Assembly: GCA_964430885.1 (NCBI GenBank)
Contig: CAYSHM010000032.1
Location: forward strand, 1 to 27,870
Length of the DNA stretch: 27,870 nt
Origin: an uncultured archaeon
GTDB taxonomy: Archaea; Thermoplasmatota; Penumbrarchaeia; JASLWR01
Reading direction: 5' to 3'
The translations under genes were made by a program, and so were the position numbers. The notes beneath the pieces were generated by a model. The model saw nothing but the letters and a program-made list of their open reading frames with translations. It did not search any database and was not told the origin of the DNA. The first letter of the stretch is position 1; every line of letters starts with the position of its first letter. Of the stretch, positions 9,442 through 17,607 are shown in pieces.

Positions 9442-9521
9442 ATGTTATTGAAATATAGGCTGGCCTATTGAAGATGCTCTATTAATCAGCGGGATTCTGG
9501 TAGTAAATAAGGATTCGGTCA

Positions 9522-12500
9522 TTAAACGGCCATATTGCAGTTATCGCACCAGTAGCAATTTTCATCCGGTTTGAAGGAGGCCAATGTACCGCAGTTCTCG
9601 CAGGTTCTTGTTTTTTCCAATTTTGAATCACCTTGAAGGTGAGCTGGGAGATCATTTTGGTCCACGGCCACAACTCCTTTTTTTCCGGATTTTGCTACAG
9701 GAGGCGGCGGTAAAGGTTTTCTCTTTTTCCCGGCAGAAGAATCGCCCTTTCCTTTTTCTACCTCCTCGTCATCGAACTCGATATCTCCATCTTGCTTCTG
9801 CTCACCCGCTCCTCCTTCTCCAATATCACCATCGTGGATCAATTCTCCTTTCTCATCATATTTGAACTTGTCCCGTTTTTTATGGGCATCCAACATAGGG
9901 TCCGCCCACATCGCGTAAGCTTTTTGTTCATAGCTGAGTTTTTTTCTGCGTTTTACCAGAACGGTTGCTATAACAGCCGCAGCAGCAATTATTATGATGA
10001 CCACCAATATGATCATTATGATAGCAAAGTTTTTACCTGAGAGAAACCCCCCGTCTCCTTTTCCATCATTGAGTTTGATATCGGGATATGAGTTCCGGTC
10101 AGTGGGGTCGGATGAATCATTACCGCCAGAAATTCCATCATCCCCGAGGTATTCATCAATATTCGGATACTTATCCCTGTCGGGGTCAACCTGGCTGTCA
10201 TCTTTATTCCAATTCAGGCCGTACTTTATTTCCCACCAATCAGGCATTCCATCCTGATCAGTGTCTGTGGAAATGGTGATGAAATCTACCTTTGTCTCCG
10301 CTACTATGCTCTTGTCCTTGATGTCCGTGACCCTGATGTAGACGCTTACAGTTCCTTCATTGAACCCCGCATCCGGCCATTCATGCTTCCACAATCCATC
10401 TGTGAGATTGTCGGAAATATCCTTCCATTCACCATTGCTTATCTTGATCTCCAGGGATTTCAGTTCAACATCATCCCAAGCGCTTCCGTTAATCCATACG
10501 GTTTCTCCTATCAACTTGGGATTGGGATACAGGTTTGTGACCGATATCCATTCCTCTTCAATAATGATATGATATTCGAAATCACCGTCTGTGATCACCC
10601 ATTTTTCATTGTTTTTCTTCTCGATTTCCGCCTTTGCTGATAATGTAATTCCATGATCTGAGAAGGCTTCTTTTATGTCCATATTTATCTCATCATCATC
10701 CAACTTCTTCTCGTAATCCCGATCCAATGAGAAATCAAAGAATATTATCTCCGGGTCTAGAGCATCTATGGTCACATATAGGGGATGTGAAATCACTTCC
10801 AAACCCACCAGATCCCTTACAACAACATTAATTCTATGGGGTCCTGAACTAAGTTCAAATATTTCCAGATCCTTGGGATCGTAGTCAAACTCCCATTTTC
10901 CGTCATCTAGAAGATCTGCAGTAATATTGAGGACATATGCTCCTTCTAAAACCTGGCTCTCCTCAACCTGCAGTTCCATATGGGAAATGGCATGGTCATC
11001 CCAAACAAAACCTTCCAAATGTATTATCTCTCCGGAAGCATAGATAGTATGGTTCTCAGGAGTGGATATGTTGCATTTAGGGGGTGTGGTATCTATCCAG
11101 AAGTTAACTGAGCTCTCCATATCATTACCTGCAGCGTCAATAACCCTAATGAGAACCGAATGAACACCTTCTTCAAGGTCATGCTCATCAGCTTCCAGTT
11201 CAACCGACCAGTCAGGAGGATAGTATCTATTCATCAGGTCTATTGGATGATCTTCATCTCCATCCAAAATAGCTTCCAGGATCGCTACTTGTCCGTTATC
11301 CTCAACAGTTCCTTCTATGGTAATATCATCATCTAAGGGGAAAACCGAATTGTTCAGGGGTGAAACGATGTCCAGGAAGGGTTTGGCACTTTCCAGGATC
11401 TCAATATAGATCGAAGAGGTCACAGTGTTGCCGGCAATGTCAGTTGCAATAAGGTGAATATCATATTCCCCTGAGAACTCATTGCTGGTATTCCACACAT
11501 AGGACCATGCGGATGCGTTAATTTCAGATGTTATATCCTCGGGAAGATGATTCTCAATATCAATAATTAGAGAATCAAGTCCTCCTGAATCATTCACCTC
11601 TCCGTGGAAGACAACGATCTCACCTTCCTTGAAGGAGGTCAGATTCTCAGGTGATTGAATATTAAGAATGGGCGGCGTGTTGTCGAACAGTGTGATGTTC
11701 ATCCATTTTATCATCTCATCAACAGTATAATTAACCTTTACCCTTATGGAATGAGCACCGAGATTAAAACCCTGGGTGTTCCATTGATATTCCCAGTTAA
11801 CCAGACTGGATCTGCTCATTCTATTTCCATTGCCTGAGTTTCGGCCTGTGACATCCTCGGCAGCCGTCCATTCACCACCGTCGATTGAAACAGCGATCTC
11901 CTGAACATCGAATGGGCCTTGGGTGGTTCCTTCAATAACCACCGTATCTCCAAGGGCAATATCAGATTGATCCGCCGGGGATATGATTTCGAGGGTCTGT
12001 CTCTGGTACAGTGCCACGGATATTTCAACCATCTTGTATGTTCCCAAAGTGTCTTCGTTGGAGACCACCGCAAACCAATCATCATCCTGAATGAAATGAT
12101 GGCTCAAGTTCAAGCCGCTGCTGTCCAATGTGACCTCGTAGGAATCAAAACTGTTTCCAGCGGTAAATCGTTGGAAATTGGACCCGTTGCATAGGTAGAA
12201 GTCCACATTCTTTGCCATATCGTTCTGTTTGAAATATATATCATCCGTAAATAGATTCTGGCCGGTATTATAGCCGTCGATCACCTCCATCTGAACATCC
12301 ATCTTGAAGGAGCTCTTGGGGAAAGGATCATTGTTCTTCGCCCGATGGTCAGGTATCTGTATTGCTCCAGGAACGGCAAAAGTATAATCGTAGAACTGAC
12401 TAGCTATGCTGCTTTCGGCGATTCGGTCCACCATCTCATTACCGCCCTGATCCGCCGGGTCTTCTCCAAGAGAGCTGTCCACGCAGGAATAGATCGCCTT

Positions 12501-13904
12501 GTGGTCACCCAGTTTGATCATGAACTGTCCGTTGGAATCGGAATGTCCCCAGGCAGTCATAAGGAGCTGCTGGGGATTGTTATACAGTCCTGTTACAACC
12601 CAAATTACCCCGTCATCCACATCCCTCCCGTTGCTGTCATGAACAGTCGCTCTGAAGGTGCATGTATCGGTATACCTTTCGGTAACATCTACAATGTAGC
12701 CGTCTCCTCTCCAGGCCCAGGCAGAAGTGATGTTACGGCCCCAACCTCCTTCGGACCTATCGTATATTCTCGGATCGTCAATGTATGGATTCACAGGTTC
12801 CCAGTGGACCCAACGCCCCTCCCAAAATTCATTCCAAACATGATCTTCGGTTATTATATTAACGTTTGTGGAAGGTATCAGGACAGTTCGTGCCACAGCA
12901 CATGAGATGTCACCGTGCTCGCCGCAAAAGCCCATGTGTTTATTATATATTGCCACAGGCTGAATGGGTCTGTTTCCCTGAACCTGGAAATCCATTACAT
13001 CCTGGATCCATTGAGTAAGATTACCGATGACGCCGTTGTTTGTCTTGTTGTTAACCCGTTCTTTCCAAACTCGGTCATCATTTGACAGTGCATCTTTCAA
13101 GAGCGGATAGCCTGGATCGTTATGATTGAAAAGGTAATCCCTCCAGAACTTGCCGTTAGGCGGCGCAGTGGGAGTTCCGGTGGCGGGGTCTACGAAAGCC
13201 GGGAGTTCATCGCTTATCTTGGGATGGACAACGTACCAGTAATAGATGTCCTTTGGTATTTCCATGCTTGCCCCTGAGCTGTTGGTATATGTCAGAGTGG
13301 TGTATTGTCCGAGGACCGGATCGTTCTTCTCAGTCACTTCCACGTAATCCAATTCCAGGTCGTTCAGATAGATGTACTCTGCGTTTGTGACAAATACTTG
13401 GGGTGATACACCGGGATTCTGGAGAACATTGGTTGCAGTATGGGTGACGGCGAAAACAACTTCATCCAAAAGATCTGGGTCGTTGAGGTTTAGTACAAGG
13501 TTCCCATAAGTTGTTGCTAGATTTGTTCCCATATTGATGAGTTTGGTTGTAAAGTTGTTCTTCAGCCAGACCGGGACCAGATCAATGGCATCGCGGGCCG
13601 CTTGAGGCAGTGAAGATATCTTGTATCCTACATCTTTTTCCACAAGTATCTCGTTATCCTCATCCAGATAGATATAATATGACTCCGAAGGCGGTATCAG
13701 GATGGTTCTGTTTATATATGAGATGGCTCCGAAGGTGTCAGTTCTAGTATCATCCATAACATATTCATTAAATTTTTCTAACTTAGAATGCTCGTCAAGT
13801 CTTAAAACTTCTTGGGAATCCAGGGATTCCTTCATTGTTACCGATTGGGGTGCTATCAATGCAACCAAGGTAAACGCGGTTAAGATTTTCCAGAATAATT
13901 TCAT
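9522..13904 (-). CDS. Large membrane-anchored surface protein with a transglutaminase-like (Png1/PNGase-type) core, multiple Ig-like domains, Ca-binding DxDxDG repeats, TM helix and C-terminal Zn ribbon
   Basis: 1460 aa. Signal peptide; GFCGEH..EDHVWNEF..RWVHWEP triad region; repeated IxSPxN..GxVxD..W..G.H..I...D.AGN Ig units; DTDQDGMPDWWE; TM FAIIMIILVVIIIIAAAAVIATVLV; PLPPPP; CENCG..CYWCDNC. Confidence 0.85.
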   Translation of the reverse strand: MKLFWKILTAFTLVALIAPQSVTMKESLDSQEVLRLDEHSKLEKFNEYVMDDTRTDTFGAISYINRTILIPPSESYYIYLDEDNEILVEKDVGYKISSLPQAARDAIDLVPVWLKNNFTTKLINMGTNLATTYGNLVLNLNDPDLLDEVVFAVTHTATNVLQNPGVSPQVFVTNAEYIYLNDLELDYVEVTEKNDPVLGQYTTLTYTNSSGASMEIPKDIYYWYVVHPKISDELPAFVDPATGTPTAPPNGKFWRDYLFNHNDPGYPLLKDALSNDDRVWKERVNNKTNNGVIGNLTQWIQDVMDFQVQGNRPIQPVAIYNKHMGFCGEHGDISCAVARTVLIPSTNVNIITEDHVWNEFWEGRWVHWEPVNPYIDDPRIYDRSEGGWGRNITSAWAWRGDGYIVDVTERYTDTCTFRATVHDSNGRDVDDGVIWVVTGLYNNPQQLLMTAWGHSDSNGQFMIKLGDHKAIYSCVDSSLGEDPADQGGNEMVDRIAESSIASQFYDYTFAVPGAIQIPDHRAKNNDPFPKSSFKMDVQMEVIDGYNTGQNLFTDDIYFKQNDMAKNVDFYLCNGSNFQRFTAGNSFDSYEVTLDSSGLNLSHHFIQDDDWFAVVSNEDTLGTYKMVEISVALYQRQTLEIISPADQSDIALGDTVVIEGTTQGPFDVQEIAVSIDGGEWTAAEDVTGRNSGNGNRMSRSSLVNWEYQWNTQGFNLGAHSIRVKVNYTVDEMIKWMNITLFDNTPPILNIQSPENLTSFKEGEIVVFHGEVNDSGGLDSLIIDIENHLPEDITSEINASAWSYVWNTSNEFSGEYDIHLIATDIAGNTVTSSIYIEILESAKPFLDIVSPLNNSVFPLDDDITIEGTVEDNGQVAILEAILDGDEDHPIDLMNRYYPPDWSVELEADEHDLEEGVHSVLIRVIDAAGNDMESSVNFWIDTTPPKCNISTPENHTIYASGEIIHLEGFVWDDHAISHMELQVEESQVLEGAYVLNITADLLDDGKWEFDYDPKDLEIFELSSGPHRINVVVRDLVGLEVISHPLYVTIDALDPEIIFFDFSLDRDYEKKLDDDEINMDIKEAFSDHGITLSAKAEIEKKNNEKWVITDGDFEYHIIIEEEWISVTNLYPNPKLIGETVWINGSAWDDVELKSLEIKISNGEWKDISDNLTDGLWKHEWPDAGFNEGTVSVYIRVTDIKDKSIVAETKVDFITISTDTDQDGMPDWWEIKYGLNWNKDDSQVDPDRDKYPNIDEYLGDDGISGGNDSSDPTDRNSYPDIKLNDGKGDGGFLSGKNFAIIMIILVVIIIIAAAAVIATVLVKRRKKLSYEQKAYAMWADPMLDAHKKRDKFKYDEKGELIHDGDIGEGGAGEQKQDGDIEFDDEEVEKGKGDSSAGKKRKPLPPPPVAKSGKKGVVAVDQNDLPAHLQGDSKLEKTRTCENCGTLASFKPDENCYWCDNCNMAV

Positions 13905-14161
13905 TCATATCCCTCAAATAAAAAAAGCGGTCTATTGTTCTGAATTCGGAGAGTTCATGATCGAATCGATGCGCAGGTTTCTTTGCGGTTAATTATCAGT
14001 TTAACGGATATTTATTCCTATCATATTAGTTGGCTTCAACAGCTATGATGGAATTACGGAAAGTATTGTCCCGAACATAGATAAAGGTATTCTGATTATT
14101 GAATTTTGGTGAAAATACCTGCTGAACTTAAGCAAAGGTTTTTATTGTCCCCACTGCAGGG

Positions 14162-15052
14162 TCAGAATGATATGATATCATTCACAATGTCCAATTTCCC
14201 GTATAGGATCAGTATTACAGTTAATCCCCATAGCAGTATTGTTGCAACCATATATCCGTTCTGGAACATCTTTTCAGGCTCCGCACCGAGATTATGTATA
14301 TGCATCAGCTGCATGTATTTCAATATCCCGAATATCACAAATGGGATAGTTAGTAACATACCGTTATGAACTGATGCTGCAGCGTATAGGCAGTATACCA
14401 CTAACGTTGCTCCTGCTGTCAGGGTTATCAGATGATCCAGTAGGAATATGCTGTAATGGGAATATACCGATCTGTAATTCTTTGCCCTATCTCCAAGCTT
14501 TATTAGGTCTGCCCTTCTTTTCCCAAATGCCAGGAACAAAGCCAGGAGAAATGCACAAATGATCAGCCACCAAGATAAGTGGGCATTATCAACAGCCAGA
14601 ACCCCGGCCATGGCACGAAGTACAAATCCGATCCCTATGGTGAAGGCATCCAGTATGACAATATATTTCAGGACGAATGAATAGATTATGAAGAGTATGA
14701 AGTAGCTGGCCAAAATATATGTGACCCCTGGAGAAATAAGAAAATAGGATGCAGCAGGACATCCTATGACTATGAAAAGCATGATTGCAAAAGCGGATTT
14801 CGTACTCAGCTCGCCCGAAGCTATGGGTCTCTTGCCTTTGATGGGGTGGCCTCGGTCCTCCTTTTGGTCCAGTATATCATTCAATATGTAGACCGCTCCG
14901 GACATCAGACAGAAAAAAACAGCACCCAGTAGAACAGGAAGATAATGCTCTTGTCTGGAGAGATTGTTGGAAAAGATCAAACCCACGAAGAGCAGCAGGT
15001 TCTTGTACCACTGATAAGGGCGCAGGGTTCTGATCAATCCTTTCAATAACAT
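14162..15052 (-). CDS. ubiA: UbiA-superfamily decaprenyl/polyprenyl-phosphate phosphoribosyltransferase (DPPR-synthase-like)
   Basis: 296-aa multi-TM protein with subfamily signatures RPYQWYKNLLLF, YILNDILDQKEDRGHPIKGKRPIASG, GFVLRAMAG, LAFGKRRADL. Confidence 0.88.
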   Translation of the reverse strand: MLLKGLIRTLRPYQWYKNLLLFVGLIFSNNLSRQEHYLPVLLGAVFFCLMSGAVYILNDILDQKEDRGHPIKGKRPIASGELSTKSAFAIMLFIVIGCPAASYFLISPGVTYILASYFILFIIYSFVLKYIVILDAFTIGIGFVLRAMAGVLAVDNAHLSWWLIICAFLLALFLAFGKRRADLIKLGDRAKNYRSVYSHYSIFLLDHLITLTAGATLVVYCLYAAASVHNGMLLTIPFVIFGILKYMQLMHIHNLGAEPEKMFQNGYMVATILLWGLTVILILYGKLDIVNDIISF

Positions 15053-15284
15053 ATGACGGGATAGGCCCTGAACATCATAAAAACATAACGCTAGAATTGC
15101 TCTCAGCAGGATAAATATAACAAGATCTATGAAGTCAGTATTCTCGCGGGATTGAATAATTGAGGATAATATGAGCTAGCTTTTAATATCGAATATGACC
15201 TTGAGGATATTGATTCCCCGTATTGTAATAAGATATTCATTAACCCTATTGTTAATTTTATTAAATTGAAAATGGCGTGAGAAA

Positions 15285-16589
15285 ATGGACCGAACCTACA
15301 GGATCCTTCAGGTGCTTGTAATATTATGTATAATATCGCTCTTACTGCTTACAGCTACACTTTTATATATTCTTTATACCAAAGAGGATGTTGAAAGGGT
15401 TCCGGGAAGATCGTGGTACACTTTGGATGATTTCTCCACTCCCATAGACTCACCCAATCTGGAGCCTGCGGTCATGGCCGGCTGCTATCTTGTGAATTGT
15501 CAGCTTTCCGACGGGAGTTTCAATTATCAATATGACCCTCTGGATAATGACTATTCCAGCAAGAACAATCTTCTCAGACAGCTTGGAACCACCTACTCGG
15601 TATTGCTGCTTTACAGACATTATCCCGAACCCATTTTTCTGGAAGCAGGGGAATTGGCAATGGAGTATATCGAGGACAATCTGGATTATATAGATGAAGA
15701 TGTGGCCCATGTCGAGCTTAACGGGGATTCAAAGTTGGGCGGGGCGGCATTGGCAGTCCTTTGTTATGTGATATATGAAAAGGTTGCGGATGAAAAATAT
15801 TCTACCTCAATGGAAGCTTTAGGTAATTTTTTTATATACATGCAGAAGGATTCAGGTGAGTTCCATAACTACTACAAGTGGGATGGGAAAGTGCTTGAGG
15901 AGGGTGACGAGAAGTATAACGAGCATACCGACTACTACCCGGGTGAGGCAATGCTTGCCCTTTCATTTCTTTACGAACATACCGGAGCGGAAAAATACAA
16001 GGACTGCTGGGATAAGGCCTTTGATTATTACTATGATTTTTACGGTGGTGCTCATTCCTATTACAGTCCATTCAGTCCCTGGGCAGTGGGTGCTGCCCAG
16101 ATAATGTATATGCTTGATCAGGACCCCCGATATGTGAACATGTCCAGAGCTATGTCGGATAGTGTTCTTTACGGCCAGGATCAATATCCGTCGGATTTCA
16201 ACGTATCAGAATATGTAGGAGGTTTCTATTACAGAAGTTATTTGAGGTACATGGCCAACCCTGACGGAGACCCCGATTATTATCCCCGGGCCAATACCGC
16301 ATCCAAGATCGAACCTCCCTGTGATTTCTACTGGCTGGTAAAGAAATATGACGCACCCGGAGATGAGTCCCTTTTGGAAGAAAGAATAATATTGGCCTCT
16401 GAATTTCTAACTAACCTTCAGTACAACAGCAGTGAATCAGAGAACATGCCAAGTCCAAAGAGAACCTATGGAGGGGTTCCGGGAGGTGTCGAGGATCCAG
16501 AGGTCCGAATTGATTATAATCAGCATGCCATTGTTGCCTGGTTAAAGGTATATGATTATGTGGAAAAAGATAGACCTCTGCTGTTCTGA
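15285..16589 (+). CDS. N-terminally anchored alpha/alpha-toroid (six-hairpin glycosidase-like) protein of unknown function
   Basis: 434 aa with an N-terminal TM. Helical hairpin repeats (NCQLSDGSF, YMQKDSGEF) and motifs NNLLRQLGT, KLGGAALA, YYPGEAMLAL, VRIDYNQH, typical of an uncharacterised toroid family. Confidence 0.65.
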   Translation: MDRTYRILQVLVILCIISLLLLTATLLYILYTKEDVERVPGRSWYTLDDFSTPIDSPNLEPAVMAGCYLVNCQLSDGSFNYQYDPLDNDYSSKNNLLRQLGTTYSVLLLYRHYPEPIFLEAGELAMEYIEDNLDYIDEDVAHVELNGDSKLGGAALAVLCYVIYEKVADEKYSTSMEALGNFFIYMQKDSGEFHNYYKWDGKVLEEGDEKYNEHTDYYPGEAMLALSFLYEHTGAEKYKDCWDKAFDYYYDFYGGAHSYYSPFSPWAVGAAQIMYMLDQDPRYVNMSRAMSDSVLYGQDQYPSDFNVSEYVGGFYYRSYLRYMANPDGDPDYYPRANTASKIEPPCDFYWLVKKYDAPGDESLLEERIILASEFLTNLQYNSSESENMPSPKRTYGGVPGGVEDPEVRIDYNQHAIVAWLKVYDYVEKDRPLLF

Positions 16590-16835
16590 TATATGAGCTA
16601 GAATTTGATTTGAAGAAGGTATTCTCAACAAGAAAATCTGATTTATTTTTAAAGCTGCAAGATGGATATTAGTATTTACGGCTAATATTTTAAGCGAGTT
16701 ATTGAGAGAATAGAATATATGAATAAATCCAAATAATTGAAATACGGTATCAGGAGAAATTGTTTTAATAAAGCATTTGAAATTTAAAATATAACACTGA
16801 TGAAAATTGATGAAAAACAAAATAGGGGTGATGAT

Positions 16836-17312
16836 GTGACGATCAAAATGGGACATGGAATGGATGAAAACAAGAAGCAGATCTATGGTGCCAATCTATT
16901 AGAGGAAAAAAAGACAGAAGATGATAAATCTGCCGAAGTGGAGGAATCGAGATATCTTTCCAAATCCGACATTCTGTTGGGGAAGGATCAGCGGGAGACA
17001 GTATTTCTCGATAAGTACGGCAAGGATGCAATTATCAGACCCCTCACAGATGGAGAACTGACGCTGGTTTTTGAACTGATAGGAAAGGTTCCCCTTAATG
17101 AGCACGGCATACCAGATCTGAACCTTGTAGATATATCTACCAATCTGAGGGCACTCAGAAAAGTGGCGTCCATGGGTCTGGTTGAACCAAAGTTAACAGA
17201 GGAAGAAATCGGTAATATGAAGTTCGGGGTTCCTGGGTTTCTGGCAAAGCGGATATTAGAGATGAGCGGTCTAACTGGTACGGCAGGTGATGACGCTAAA
17301 AACTTTCGCTAA
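16836..17312 (+). CDS. Phage tail assembly chaperone-like protein (lambda gpG / XkdN-like)
   Basis: Motifs LSKSDILLG, IIRPLTDGE, GLVEPKLTEEE, ILEMSGL and the ending AKNFR resemble tail chaperones. The start is uncertain: ATG 16800, GTG 16836 (after SD GGGGTGA at 16825-16831), ATG 16848 or ATG 16860. Confidence 0.6.
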   Translation: MTIKMGHGMDENKKQIYGANLLEEKKTEDDKSAEVEESRYLSKSDILLGKDQRETVFLDKYGKDAIIRPLTDGELTLVFELIGKVPLNEHGIPDLNLVDISTNLRALRKVASMGLVEPKLTEEEIGNMKFGVPGFLAKRILEMSGLTGTAGDDAKNFR

Positions 17313-17505
17313 GACCGAGGATGGACAAGAACTAGCAGTTCTATGCCTTGATCTTGGTTATAAACTTGCCAATAGCCCTTCGGAACTGACCCGAAATCAG
17401 ATTAATTTTCTTATGGCTTCCCTCAACCGCCGCAATAGGATCAGCAGTATCAGTTCAAAGATGTCCGAGTTTGGTTCTGGCAGTACATCGTTCATATTCG
17501 AATAG
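17287..17505 (+). CDS. gpT-like extension of the tail chaperone, probably expressed by +1 ribosomal frameshift
   Basis: Overlaps the previous stop in the +1 frame. ELAVLCLDLGYKLANSPSELTRNQINFLMA resembles T-part sequences. Junction AAC TTT CGC TAA. Weak SD for its own start. Confidence 0.55.
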   Translation: MMTLKTFAKTEDGQELAVLCLDLGYKLANSPSELTRNQINFLMASLNRRNRISSISSKMSEFGSGSTSFIFE

Positions 17506-17607
17506 GACCGAATAAAACAGCGCAGGTTATTGGAGTTACAACTTAGCATAAGGTTGATAACTTTCCTTTCGATCAAAAATTTGAATCTATCCCGAAATGG
17601 TGTGTTA

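Noticed and set aside
13905-14161. Intergenic gaps checked for tRNA, rRNA or other ncRNA
   Set aside because: No cloverleaf, T-loop or other recognisable RNA gene signature was seen here or in the other gaps by eye.
17297-17303. T AAA AAC as a classical -1 slippery heptamer
   Set aside because: It is not a proper X XXY YYZ site, and the -1 frame stops after about 10 codons. The long downstream ORF is in the +1 frame.
16600-17530. A prophage around the tail-chaperone genes
   Set aside because: No integrase, terminase, capsid, tube or tape-measure genes and no att/tRNA site are in the window.
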